DNA of 64,000 nucleotides from Eledone cirrhosa (GCA_964016885.1 OZ024743.1:173600001-173664000), one strand, 5' to 3'; shown: positions 15,001 through 28,005, numbered from the stretch's first letter. The notes: generated by a model not told the origin, from the letters alone. A program made the numbers and translations.

Positions 15001-18000
15001 TGTTGGTGGTGAGGATAGTGGTAGTGGTGGTAGTGTGGGTGTGTGGTGTTGGTGGTGAGGATAGTGGTAGTGGTGGTGGTGTGGGTGTGTGGTGTTCGTG
15101 GTGAGGATAGTGGTCGTGGTGGTAGTGTGGGTGTGTGGTGTGGTGTGGATAGTGGTAGTGGTGGTAGTGTGGGTGTGTGGTGTTGGTGGTGAGGATAGTG
15201 GTAGTGGTGGTAGTGTGGGTGTGTGGAGTTGGTGGTGAGGATATTGGTAGTGGTGGTAGTGTGGGTGTGTGGTGTTGGTGGTGAGGATAATGGTAGTGGT
15301 GGTAGTGTGGGTGTGTGTTGTGGTGTGGATAGTGGTAGTGGTGGTAGTGTGGGTGTGTGGTGTTGGTGGTGAGGATATTGGTAGTGGTGGTAGTGTGGGT
15401 GTGTGGTGTGGTGGTGAGGATATTGGTAGTGGTGGTAGTGTGGGTGTGTGGTGTTGGTGGTGAGGATATTGGTAGTGGTGGTAGTGTGGGTGTGTGGTGT
15501 TGGTGGTGAGGATATGGTAGTGGTGGTAGTGTGGGTGTGTGGTGTGGTGAGGATATTGGTAGTGGTGGTAGTGTGGGTGTGTGGTGTTGGTGGTGAGGAT
15601 ATTGGTAGTGTGGTTGTGTGGGTATGTGGTGTGGTGAGGATATTGGTAGTGGTGGTAGTGTGGGTGTGTGGTGTTGGTGGTGAGGATATTGGTAGTGGTG
15701 GTAGTGTGGGTGTGTGGTGTTGGTGGTGAGGATAATGGTAGTGGTGGTAGTGTGGGTGTGTGGTGTGGTGAGGATATTGGTAGTGGTGGTAGTGTGGATG
15801 TGTGGTGTGGTGAGGATATTGGTAGTGGTGGTAGTGTGGGTGTGTGGTGTTGGTGGTGAGGATAATGGTGGTGGTGGTAGTGTGGTTGTGTGGTGTGGTG
15901 AGGATATTGGTAGTGGTGGTTGTGTGGGTGTGTGGTGTTGGTGGTGAGGATATTGGTAGTGGTGGTAGTGTGGATGTGTGGTGTGGTGTGGTGAGTATAT
16001 TGGTAATGGTGGTAGTGTGGGTGTGTGGTGTGGTGAGGATATTGGTAGTGGTGGTAGTGTGGGTGTGTGGTGTGGTGAGGATATTGGTAGTGGTGGTAGT
16101 GTGGGTGTGTGGTGTTGGTGGTGAGGATATTGGTAGTGGTGGTAGTGTGGGTGTGTGGTGTTGGTGGTGAGGATAATGGTAGTGGTGGTAGTGTGGGTGT
16201 GTGGTGTGGTGAGGATATTGGTAGTGGTGGTAGTGTGGGTGTGTGGTGTTGGTGGTGAGGATATTGGTAGTGGTGGTAGTGTGGGTGTGTGGTGTGGTGG
16301 TGAGGATAGTGGTAGTGGTGGTAGTGTGGGTGTGTGGTGTGGTGGTGAGGATAATGGTAGTGGTGGTAGTGTGGGTGTGTGGTGTGGTGAGGATATTGGT
16401 AGTGGTGGTAGTGTGGGTGTGTGGTGTGGTGTGGTGAGGATATTGGTAGTGGTGGTAGTGTGGGTGTGTGGTGTGGTGAGGATATTGGTAGTGGTGGTAG
16501 TGTGGGTGTGTGGTGTGGTGTGGTGAGGATAATGGTAGTGTGGGTGGTGTGGTGAGGATATTGGTAGTGGTGGTAGTGTGGGTGTGTGGTGTGGTGAGGA
16601 TATGGTAGTGGTGGTAGTGTGGGTGTGTGGTGTGGTGAGGATATTGGTAGTGGTGGTAGGTGTGGGTGTGTGTGTAGTGTGGTGAGGATATTGGTAGTGG
16701 TGGTAGTGTGGGTGTGAGGTGTGGTGTGGTGAGGATATTGGTAGTGGTGGTAGTGTGGGTGTGTGGTGTGGTGAGGATATTGGTAGTGGTGGTAGTGTGG
16801 GTGTGTGGTGTGGTGTGGTGAGGATAATGGTAGTGGTGGTAGTGTGGGTGAGGTGTGGTGTGGTGGTGAGGATATTGGTAGTGGTGGTAGTGTGGGTGTG
16901 TGGTGTGGTGAGGATATTGGTAGTGGTGGTAGTGTGGGTGTGTGGTGTTGGTGGTGAGGATATTGGTAGTGGTGGTAGTGTGGGTGTGTGGTGTGGTGAG
17001 GATAATGGTAAGTGGTGGTAGTGTGGGTGTGTGGTGTGGTGAGGATATTGGTAGTGGTGGTAGTGTGGGTGTGTGGTGTGGTGAGGATATTGGTAGTGGT
17101 GGTAGTGTGGGTGTGTGGTGTGGTGGTGAGGATATTGGTAGTGGTGGTAGTGTGGGTGTGAGGTGTGGTGTGGTGAGGATATGGTAGTGGTGGTAGTGTG
17201 GTGTGTGGTGTGGTGAGGATATGGTAGTGTGGTAGTGGGGTGTGGTGTGGTGGTGAGGATAATGGTAGTGGGTGGTAGTGTGGGTGTGAGGTGTAGTGTG
17301 GTGAGGATATTGGTAGTGTGGGTGTGTGGTGTGGGTGTGGTGAGGATAATGGTAGTGGTGGTAGTGTGGGTGTGTGGTGTTGGTGGTGAGGATATCGGTA
17401 GTGGTGGTACTGTGGGTGTGTGGTGTTGGTGGTGAGGATATCGGTAGTGGTGGTAGTGTGGGTGTGGTAGTGTGGGTGTGTGGTGTTGGTGGTGAGGATA
17501 TTGGTAGTGGTGGTAGTGTGGGTGTGTGGTGTGGTGTGGTGAGGATAATGGTAGTGGTGGTAGTGTGGTGTTGGTGGTGAGGATATTGGTAGTGGTGGTA
17601 GTGTGGGTGGGTGGTTTTGGTGGTGAGGATATTAGTAGTGGTGGTAGTGTGGGTGTGTGGTGTTGGTGGTGAGGATCGTGGTAGTGGTGGTAGTGTGGGT
17701 GTGTGGTGTGGTGTGGTGAGGATAATGGTAGTGGTGGTAGTGTGGGTGTGTGGTGAGGATAATGGTAATGGTGGTAGTGTGGGTGTGTGGTGAGGATATT
17801 GGTAGTGGTGGTAGTGTGGGTGTGTGGTGAGGATATTGGTAGTGGTGGTAGTATGGGTGTGTGGTGTTGGTGGTGAGGATATTGGTAGTGGTGGTAGTGT
17901 GGGTGTGTGGTGTGGTGTGGTGAGGATAATGGTAGTGGTGGTAGTGTGGGTGTGTGGTGTTGGTGGTGAGGATAGTGGTAGTGGTGGTAGTGTGGGTGTG

Positions 18001-21000
18001 TGGTGTGGTGTGGTGAGGATAATGGTAGTGGTGGTAGTGTGGGTGTGTGGTGTGGTGAGGATATTGGTAGTGGTGGTGGTGTGGGTGTGTGGTGTTGGTG
18101 GTGAGGATATTCGTAGTGGTGGTAGTGTGGGTGTGTGGTGTTGGTGGTGAGGATAGTGGTAGTGGTGGTGGTGTGGGTGTGTGGTGTTGGTGGTGAGGAT
18201 AGTGGTAGTGGTGGTAGTGTGGGTGTGTGGTGTGGTGTGGATAGTGGTAGTGGTGGTAGTGTGGGTGTGTGGTGTTGGTGGTGAGGATAGTGGTAGTGGT
18301 GGTAGTGTGGGTGTGTGGTGTTGGTGGTGAGGATAGTGGTAGTGGTGGTGGTGTGGGTGTGTGGTGTTCGTGGTGAGGATAGTGGTAGTGGTGGTAGTGT
18401 GGGTGTGTGGTGTGGTGTGGATAGTGGTAGTGGTGGTAGTGTGGGTGTGTGGTGTTGGTGGTGAGGATAGTGGTAGTGGTGGTAGTGTGGGTGTGTGAAG
18501 TTGGTGGTGAGGATATTGGTAGTGGTGGTAGTGTGGGTGTGTGGTGTTGGTGGTGAGGATAATGGTAGTGGTGGTAGTGTGGGTGTGTGGTGTGGTGTGG
18601 TGTGGATAGTGGTAGTGGTGGTAGTGTGGGTGTGTGGTGTTGGTGGTGAGGATATTGGTAGTGGTGGTAGTGTGGGTGTGTGGTGTTGGTGGTGAGGATA
18701 TTGGTAGTCGTGGTAGTGAGGGTGTGTGGTGTTGGTGGTGAGGATAATGGTAGTGGTGGTAGTGTGGGTGTGTGGTGTGGTGTGGATAGTGGTAGTGGTG
18801 GTAGTGTGGGTGTGTGGTGTTGGTGGTGAGGATATTGGTAGTGGTGGTAGTGTGGGTGTGTGGTGTGGTGTGGTGAGTATAGTGGTAGTGGTGGTAGTGT
18901 GGGTGTGTGGTGTTGGTGGTGAGGATATTGGTAGTGGTGGTAGTGTGGGTGTGTGGTGTTGGTGGTGAGGATAATGGTAGTGGTGGTAGTGTGGGTGTGT
19001 GGTGTGGTGAGGATATTGGTAGTGGTGGTAGTGTGGGTGTGTGGTGTTGGTGGTGAGGATATTGGTAGTGTTGGTTGTGTGGGTGTGTGGTGTGGTGAGG
19101 ATATTGGTAGTGGTGGTAGTGTTGGTTGTGTGGGTGTGTGGTGTGGTGAGGATATTGGTAGTGGTGGTAGTGTGGGTGTGTGGTGTTGGTGGTGAGGATA
19201 ATGGTAGTGGTGGTAGTGTGGTTGTGTGGTGTGGTGAGGATATTGGTAGTGGTGGTTGTGTGGGTGTGTGGTGTTGATGGTGAGGATATTGGTAGTGGTG
19301 GTAGTGTGGATGTGTGGTGTGGTGTGGTGAGTATATTGGTAATGGTGGTAGTGTGGGTGTGTGGTGTGGTGAGGATATTGGTAGTGGTGGTAGTGTGGGT
19401 GTGTTGTGTGGTGTGGTGAGGATATTGGTAGTGGTGGTAGTGTGGGTGTGTGGTGTTGGTGGTGAGGATATTGGTAGTGGTGGTCGTGTGGGTGTGTGGT
19501 GTTGGTGGTGAGGATAATGGTAGTGGTGGTAGTGTGGGTGTGTGGTGTGGTGAGGATATTGTTAGTGGTGGTAGTGTGGGTGTGTGGTGTTGGTGGTGAG
19601 GATATTGGTAATGGTGGTAGTGTGGGTGTGTGGTGTTGGTGGTGAGGATAGTGGTAGTGGTGGTAGTGTGGGTGTGTGGTGTTGGTGGTGAGCATAATGG
19701 TAGTGGTGGTAGTGTGGATGTGTGGTGTGGTGAGGATATTGGTAGTGGTGGTAGTGTGGGTGTGTGGTGTGGTGTGGTGAGGATATTGGTAGTGGTGGTA
19801 GTGTGGGTGTGTGGTGTTGGTGGTGTGGATATTGGTAGTGGTGGTAGTGTGTGTGTGTGGTGTGGTAGTGGTGATAGTGTGGGTGTGTGGTGTGGTGTGG
19901 ATAGTGGTAGTGGTGGTAGTGTGGGTGTGTGGTGTTGGTGGTGTGGATATTGGTAGTGGTGGTAGTGTGGGTGTGTGGTGTGGTGTGGTGAGGATATTGG
20001 TAGTGGTGGTAGTGTGGGTGTGGTGAGGATAGTGGTAGTGGTGGTGGTGTGGGTGTGTGGTGTGGTGAGGATATTGGTAGTGGTGGTAGTGTGGGTGTGT
20101 GGTGTGGTGTGGTGAGGAAATTGGTAGTGGTGGTAGTGTGGGTGTGTGGTGTTGGTGGTGTGGATATTGGTAGTGGTGGTAGTGTGTGTGTGTGGTGTGG
20201 TAGTGGTGGTAGTGTGGGTGTGTGGTGTGGTGTGGATAGTGGTAGTGGTGGTAGTGTGGGTGTGTGGTGTTGGTGGTGTGGATATTGGTAGTGGTGGTAG
20301 TGTGGGTGTGTGGTGTGGTGTGGTGAGGATATTGGTAGTGGTGGTAGTGTGGGTGTGTGATGTGGTGAGGATAGTGGTAGTGGTGGTAGTGTGGGTGTGT
20401 GGTGTGGTGAGGATATTGGTAGTGGTGGTAGTGTGGGTGTGTGGTGTGGTGTGCATAGTGGTAGTGGTGGTAGTGTGGGTGTGTGGTGTGGTGTGCTGAG
20501 GATAGTGGTAGTGGTGGTATTGTGGGTGTGTGGTGTGGTGTGGTGAGGATATTGGTAGTGGTGGTAGTGTGGGTGTGTGGTGTGGTGTGGTGAGGATAGT
20601 GGTAGTGGTGGTAGTGTGGGTGTGTGGTGTGGTGTGGATAGCGGTAGTGGTGGTAGTGTGGGTGTGTGGTGTGGTGTGGTGAGGATAGTGGTAGTGGTGG
20701 TAGTGTGGGTGTGTGGTGTTGGTGGTGAGGATATTGGTAGTGGTGGTAGTGTGAGTGTGTGGTGTGGTGTGGGGAGGATAGTGGTAGTGGTGGTAGTGTG
20801 GGTGTGTGGTGTGGTGTGGTGAGGATAGTGGTAGTGATGGTAGTGTGGGTGTGTGGTGTGGTGTGGTGAGGATAGTGGTAGTGGTGGTAGTGTGGGTGTG
20901 TGGTGTTGGTGGTGAGGATATTGGTAGTGGTGGTAGTGTGGGTGTGTGGTGTGGTGAGGATATTGGTAGTGGTGGTAGTGTGGGTGTGTGATGTTGGTGG

Positions 21001-24000
21001 TGAGGATATTGGTAGTGGTGGTAGTGTGGGTGTGTGGTGTGGTGTGGTGAGTATATTGGTAGTGGTGGTAGTGTGGGTGTGTGGTGTGGTGAGGATATTG
21101 GTAGTGGTGGTAGTGTGGGTGTGTGGTGTGGTGTGGTGAGGATATTGGTAGTGGTGGTAGTGTGGGTGTGTGGTGTTGGTGGTGAGGATATTGGTAGTGG
21201 TGGTAGTGTGGGTGTGTGGTGTTGGTGGTGAGGATAATGGTAGTGGTGGTAGTGTGGGTGTGTGGTGTGTTGAGGATATTGGTAGTGGTGGTGGTGTGGG
21301 TGTGTGGTGTTGGTGGTGAGGATATTCGTAGTGGTGGTAGTGTGGGTGTGTGGTGTTGGTGGTGAGGATAGTGGTAGTGGTGGTGGTGTGGGTGTGTGGT
21401 GTTGGTGGTGAGGATAGTGGTAGTGGTGGTAGTGTGGGTGTGTGGTGTGGTGTGGATAGTGGTAGTGGTGGTAGTGTGGGTGTGTGGTGTTGGTGGTGAG
21501 GATAGTGGTAGTGGTGGTAGTGTGGGTGTGTGGTGTTGGTGGTGAGGATAGTGGTAGTGGTGGTGGTGTGGGTGTGTGGTGTTCGTGGTGAGGATAGTGG
21601 TAGTGGTGGTGGTGTGGGTGTGTGGTGTTCGTGGTGAGGATAGTGGTAGTGGTGGTAGTGTGGGTGTGTGGTGTTGGTGGTGAGGATAGTGGTAGTGGTG
21701 GTAGTGTGGGTGTGTGGAGTTGGTGGTGAGGATATTGGTAGTGGTGGTAGTGTGGGTGTGTGGTGTTGGTGGTGAGGATAATGGTAGTGGTGGTAGTGTG
21801 GGTGTGTGGTGTGGTGTGGTGTGGATAGTGGTAGTGGTGGTAGTGTGGGTGTGTGGTGTTGGTGGTGAGGATATTGGTAGTGGTGGTAGTGTGGGTGTGT
21901 GGTGTTGGTGGTGAGGATATTGGTAGTCGTGGTAGTGAGGGTGTGTGGTGTTGGTGGTGAGGATAATGGTAGTGGTGGTAGTGTGGGTGTGTGGTGTGGT
22001 GTGGATAGTGGTAGTGGTGGTAGTGTGGGTGTGTGGTGTTGGTGGTGAGGATATTGGTAGTGGTGGTAGTGTGGGTGTGTGGTGTGGTGTGGTGAGGATA
22101 GTGGTAGTGGTGGTAGTGTGGGTGTGTGGTGTTGGTGGTGAGGATATTGGTAGTGGTGGTAGTGTGGGTGTGTGGTGTTGGTGGTGAGGATAATGGTAGT
22201 GGTGGTAGTGTGGGTGTGTGGTGTGGTGAGGATATTGGTAGTGGTGGTAGTGTGGGTGTGTGGTGTTGGTGGTGAGGATATTGGTAGTGTTGGTTGTGTG
22301 GGTGTGTGGTGTGGTGAGGATATTGGTAGTGGTGGTAGTGTGGGTGTGTGGTGTTGGTGGTGAGGATATTGGTAGTGGTGGTAGTGTGGGTGTGTGGTGT
22401 TGGTGGTGAGGATAATGGTAGTGGTGGTAGTGTGGTTGTGTGGTGTGGTGAGGATATTGGTAGTGGTGGTTGTGTGGGTGTGTGGTGTTGGTGGTGAGGA
22501 TATTGGTAGTGGTGGTAGTGTGGATGTGTGGTGTGGTGTGGTGAGTATATTGGTAATGGTGGTAGTGTGGGTGTGTGGTGTGGTGAGGATATTGGTAGTG
22601 GTGGTAGTGTGGGTGTGTGGTGTGGTGTGGTGAGGATATTGGTAGTGGTGGTAGTGTGGGTGTGTGGTGTTGGTGGTGAGGATATTGGTAGTGGTGGTAG
22701 TGTGGGTGTGTTGTGTTGGTGGTGAGGATAATGGTAGTGGTGGTAGTGTGGGTGTGTGGTGTGGTGAGGATATTGGTAGTGGTGGTAGTGTGGGTGTGTG
22801 GTGTTGGTGGTGAGGATATTGGTAGTGGTGGTAGTGTGGGTGTGTGGTGTTGGTGGTGAGGATAGTGGTAGTGGTGGTAGTGTGGGTGTGTGGTGTTGGT
22901 GGTGAGCATAATGGTAGTGGTGGTAGTGTGGGTGTGTGGTGTGGTGAGGATATTGGTAGTGGTGGTAGTGTGGGTGTGTGGTGTGGTGTGGTGAGGATAT
23001 TGGTAGTGGTGGTAGTGTGGGTGTGTGGTGTTGGTGGTGTGGATATTGGTAGTGGTGGTAGTGTGTGTGTGTGGTGTGGTAGTGGTGATAGTGTGGGTGT
23101 GTGGTGTGGTGTGGATAGTGGTAGTGGTGGTAGTGTGGGTGTGTGGTGTTGGTGGTGTGGATATTGGTAGTGGTGGTAGTGTGTGTGTGTGGTGTGGTAG
23201 TGGTGGTAGTGTGGGTGTGTGGTGTGGTGTGGATAGTGGTAGTGTGGGTGTGTGGTGTTGGTGGTGTGGATATTGGTAGTGGTGGTAGTGTGGGTGTGTG
23301 GTGTGGTGTGGTGAGGATATTGGTAGTGGTGGTAGTGTGGGTGTGTGGTGTGGTGAGGATAGTGGTAGTGGTGGTAGTGTGGGTGTGTGGTGTGGTGAGG
23401 ATATTGGTAGTGGTGGTAGTGTGGGTGTGTGGTGTGGTGTGGATAGTGGTAGTGGTGGTAGTGTGGGTGTGTGGTGTGGTGTGGTGAGGATAGTGGTAGT
23501 GGTGGTATTGTGGGTGTGTGGTGTGGTGTGGTGAGGATATTGGTAGTGGTGGTAGTGTGGGTGTGTGGTGTGGTGTGGTGAGGATAGTGGTAGTGGTGGT
23601 AGTGTGGGTGTGTGGTGTGGTGTGGATAGTGGTAGTGGTGGTAGTGTGGGTGTGTGGTGTGGTGTGGTGAGGATAGTGGTAGTGGTGGTAGTGTGGGTGT
23701 GTGGTGTTGGTGGTGAGGATATTGGTAGTGGTGGTAGTGTGAGTGTGTGGTGTGGTGTGGGGAGGATAGTGGTAGTGGTGGTAGTGTGGGTGTGTGGTGT
23801 GGTGTGGTGAGGATAGTGGTAGTGATGGTAGTGTGGGTGTGTGGTGTGGTGTGGTGAGGATAGTGGTAGTGGTGGTAGTGTGGGTGTGTGGTGTTGGTGG
23901 TGAGGATATTGGTAGTGGTGGTAGTGTGGGTGTGTGGTGTGGTGTGGTGAGGATAGTGGTAGTGGTGGTAGTGTGGGTGTGTGGTGTTGGTGGTGAGGAT

Positions 24001-27000
24001 ATTGGTAGTGGTGGTAGTGTGGGTGTGTGGTGTGGTGAGGATATTGGTAGTGGTGGTGGTGTGGGTGTGTGGTGTTGGTGGTGAGGATATTCGTAGTGGT
24101 GGTAGTGTGGGTGTGTGGTGTTGGTGGTGAGGATAGTGGTAGTGGTGGTGGTGTGGGTGTGTGGTGTTGGTGGTGAGGATAGTGGTAGTGGTGGTAGTGT
24201 GGGTGTGTGGTGTGGTGTGGATAGTGGTAGTGGTGGTAGTGTGGGTGTGTGGTGTTGGTGGTGAGGATAGTGGTAGTGGTGGTAGTGTGGGTGTGTGGTG
24301 TTGGTGGTGAGGATAGTGGTAGTGGTGGTGGTGTGGGTGTGTGGTGTTCATGGTGAGGATAGTGGTAGTGGTGGTGGTGTGGGTGTGTGGTGTTCGTGGT
24401 GAGGATAGTGGTAGTGGTGGTAGTGTGGGTGTGTGGTGTTGGTGGTGAGGATAGTGGTAGTGGTGGTAGTGTGGGTGTGTGGAGTTGGTGGTGAGGATAA
24501 TGGTAGTGGTGGTAGTGTGGGTGTGTGGTGTGGTGTGGTGTGGATAGTGGTAGTGGTGGTAGTGTGGGTGTGTGGTGTTGGTGGTGAGGATATTGGTAGT
24601 GGTGGTAGTGTGGGTGTGTGGTGTTGGTGGTGAGGATATTGGTAGTCGTGGTAGTGAGGGTGTGTGGTGTTGGTGGTGAGGATAATGGTAGTGGTGGTAG
24701 TGTGGGTGTGTGGTGTGGTAGTGGTGGTAGTGTGGGTGTGTGGTGTTGGTGGTGAGGATATTGGTAGTGGTGGTAGTGTGGGTGTGTGGTGTGGTGTGGT
24801 GAGGATAGTGGTAGTGGTGGTAGTGTGGGTGTGTGGTGTTGGTGGTGAGGATATTGGTAGTGGTGGTAGTGTGGGTGTGTGGTGTTGGTGGTGAGGATAA
24901 TGGTAGTGGTGGTAGTGTGGGTGTGTGGTGTGGTGAGGATATTGGTAGTGGTGGTAGTGTGGGTGTGTGGTGTTGGTGGTGAGGATATTGGTAGTGTTGG
25001 TTGTGTGGGTGTGTGGTGTGGTGAGGATATTGGTAGTGGTGGTAGTGTGGGTGTGTGGTGTTGGTGGTGAGGATATTGGTAGTGGTGGTAGTGTGGGTGT
25101 GTGGTGTTGGTAGTGAGGATAATGGTAGTGGTGGTAGTGTGGTTGTGTGGTGTGGTGAGGATATTGGTAGTGGTGGTTGTGTGGGTGTGTGGTGTTGGTG
25201 GTGAGGATATTGGTAGTGGTGGTAGTGTGGATGTGTGGTGTGGTGTGGTGAGTATATTGGTAATGGTGGTAGTGTGGGTGTGTGGTGTGGTGAGGATATT
25301 GGTAGTGGTGGTAGTGTGGGTGTGTGGTGTGGTGTGGTGAGGATATTGGTAGTGGTGGTAGTGTGGGTGTGTGGTGTTGGTGGTGAGGATATTGGTAGTG
25401 GTGGTAGTGTGGGTGTGTGGTGTTGGTGGTGAGGATAATGGTAGTGGTGGTAGTGTGGGTGTGTGGTGTGGTGAGGATATTGGTAGTGGTGGTAGTGTGG
25501 GTGTGTGGTGTTGGTGGTGAGGATATTGGTAGTGGTGGTAGTGTGGGTGTGTGGTGTTGGTGGTGAGGATAGTGGTAGTGGTGGTAGTGTGGGTGTGTGG
25601 TGTTGGTGGTGAGCATAATGGTAGTGGTGGTAGTGTGGGTGTGTGGTGTGGTGAGGATATTGGTAGTGGTGGTAGTGTGGGTGTGTGGTGTGGTGTGGTG
25701 AGGATATTGGTAGTGGTGGTAGTGTGGGTGTGTGGTGTTGGTGGTGTGGATATTGGTAGTGGTGGTAGTGTGTGTGTGTGGTGTGGTAGTGGTGATAGTG
25801 TGGGTGTGTGGTGTGGTGTGGATAGTGGTAGTGGTGGTAGTGTGGGTGTGTGGTGTTGGTGGTGTGGATATTGGTAGTGGTGGTAGTGTGTGTGTGTGGT
25901 GTGGTAGTGGTGGTAGTGTGGGTGTGTGGTGTGGTGTGGATAGTGGTAGTGGTGGTAGTGTGGGTGTGTGGTGTTGGTGGTGTGGATATTGGTAGTGGTG
26001 GTAGTGTGGGTGTGTGGTGTGGTGTGGTGAGGATATTGGTAGTGGTGGTAGTGTGGGTGTGTGGTGTGGTGAGGATAGTGGTAGTGGTGGTAGTGTGGGT
26101 GTGTGGTGTGGTGAGGATATTGGTAGTGGTGGTAGTGTGGGTGTGTGGTGTGGTGTGGATAGTGGTAGTGGTGGTAGTGTGGGTGTGTGGTGTGGTGTGG
26201 TGAGGATAGTGGTAGTGGTGGTATTGTGGGTGTGTGGTGTGGTGTGGTGAGGATATTGGTAGTGGTGGTAGTGTGGGTGTGTGGTGTGGTGTGGTGTGGT
26301 GAGGATAGTGGTAGTGGTGGTAGTGTGGGTGTGTGGTGTGGTGTGGATAGTGGTAGTGGTGGTAGTGTGGGTGTGTGGTGTGGTGTGGTGAGGATAGTGG
26401 TAGTGGTGGTAGTGTGGGTGTGTGGTGTTGGTGGTGAGGATATTGGTAGTGGTGGTAGTGTGAGTGTGTGGTGTGGTGTGGTGAGGATAGTGGTAGTGGT
26501 GGTAGTGTGGGTGTGTGGTGTGGTGTGGTGAGGATAGTGGTAGTGATGGTAGTGTGGGTGTGTGGTGTGGTGTGGTGAGGATAGTGGTAGTGGTGGTAGT
26601 GTGGGTGTGTGGTGTTGGTGGTGAGGATATTGGTAGTGGTGGTAGTGTGGGTGTGTGGTGTGGTGTGGTGAGGATAGTGGTAGTGGTGGTAGTGTGGGTG
26701 TGTGGTGTTGGTGAGGATATTGGTAGTGGTGGTAGTGTGATTGTGTGGTGAGGATAGTGGTAGTGGTGGTAGTGTGGGTGTGTGGTGTGGTGAGGTTATT
26801 GTTAGTGGTGGTAGTGTGGGTGTGTGGTGTTGGTGGTGAGGATATTGGTAGTGGTGGTAGTGTGGGTGTGTGGTGTGGTGTGGTGAGGATATTGGTAGTG
26901 GTGGTAGTGTGGGTGTGTGGTGTGGTGTGGTGAGGATATTGGTAGTGGTGGTAGTGTGGGTGTGTGGTGTTGGTGGTGAGGATATTGGTAGTGGTGGTAG

Positions 27001-27460
27001 TATGGGTGTGTGGTGTGGTGTGGTGAGGATAGTGGTAGTGGTGGTAGTGTGGGTGTGTGGTTTGGTGTGGATAGTGGTAGTGGTGGTAGTGTGGGTGTGT
27101 GGTGTGGTGTGGTGAGGATATTGGTAGTGGTGGTAGTGTGGGTGTGTGGTGTGGTGTGGTGTGGTGTGGTGAGGATATTGGTAGTGGTGGTAGTGTGGGT
27201 GTGTGGTGTGGTGTGGTGAGAATATTGGTAGTGGTGGTAGTGTGGGTGTGTGGTGTGGTGTGGTGAGGATATTGGTAGTGGTGGTAGTGTGGGTGTGTGG
27301 TGTGGTGTAGTGAGGATATTGGTAGTGGTGGTAGTGTGGGTGTGTGGTGTTGGTGGTGAGGATATTGGTAGTGGTGGTAGTGTGGGTGTGTGGTGTTGGT
27401 GGTGTGGTGAGGATAGTGGTAGTGGTGGTAGTTTGGGTGTGTGGTGTTGGTGGTGAGGAT
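1..27460 (+). repeat. G-rich minisatellite, unit GAGGATA(T/A/G)TGGTAGTGGTGGTAGTGTGGGTGTGTGGTGT[GGT|GGTGTGGT|TGGTGGT] (42/47/46 bp), roughly 600 copies, runs off the left edge
   Basis: Unit read directly; GAGGATA recurs about every 42-47 bp; C almost absent on + strand; copy number estimated as length divided by ~45 bp. Confidence 0.97.
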
Positions 27461-27517
27461 AAAGCCTTTACTATGAAAATACAATGGTATATATATAGAG
27501 TAATGTTAAAGGGTTAA
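27453..27517 (-). mobile_element. Terminal fragment of TTAA-flanked piggyBac-like MITE fused to the minisatellite end
   Basis: Reverse complement TTAACCCTTTAACATTACTCTATATATATACCATTGTATTTTCATAGTAAAGGCTTTATCCTCAC aligns with 27732-27798. Confidence 0.7.
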
Positions 27518-27565
27518 CACTTGGGGTCAGAATACTTCCCAGGCACTTTTCCACTTAGCGATAAC

Positions 27566-27608
27566 CCATGTGTGACAGGTCCATACCATGTGTGACAGGT
27601 CCATACCA
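27566..27608. repeat. Short tandem duplication (CCATGTGTGACAGGTCCATA x2)
   Basis: Direct 20-bp repeat visible. Confidence 0.85.
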
Positions 27609-27731
27609 GCACAAGCTTCGCTCTTATTACATCTCATTCAAATTGTGTCAAGTTTTTCTTTCAACTTATCTGTGCTTCATCATTTGTGTACACTAAAACA
27701 TCCATCAAAGTTTGCTCACCTCATTTCTAGC

Positions 27732-27931
27732 TTAACCCTTTAACATTTACATTACTCTATATATACAATTGTATGTTGGGGTAAAGGCTCTATCTCACAT
27801 AATATCGAATCTATGAGATTTTGATGTTATTTATTTTGAGAACAATACCTTAATGTCAGTCTGAGTGGCCAGTTACAGCCAGTTTGAACAGAAAGAAGTG
27901 AGAGAATTCTGGCCAGATATGGCTGGTTTAA
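27732..27931 (+). mobile_element. piggyBac-like non-autonomous MITE copy (right end incomplete)
   Basis: Starts TTAACCCTTT; body homologous to 28209-28382, which ends AAAGGGTTAA; TTAA target plus CCCT terminus is the piggyBac signature. Confidence 0.65.
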
Positions 27932-28005
27932 CCTTGTAGCGGTTGTCTCCCTTGTTTTGATTGGGATCTAGACGGGAAGTGGAACCCTTTCTGCAACTCT
28001 CGCTA

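Noticed and set aside
1-27460. Interpretation as a true telomere or a CRISPR array
   Set aside because: No TTAGGG; the G-rich strand runs toward internal sequence at 27460; no unique spacers and no cas genes
254-27484. Very long minus-strand His/Thr/Pro/Tyr-rich ORFs (up to 2770 aa) and short Val/Trp/Gly plus-strand ORFs
   Set aside because: The C-rich strand of the unit lacks stop codons in all frames, and 46/47-bp units shift frame constantly; these are repeat artefacts, not mucin- or extensin-like genes
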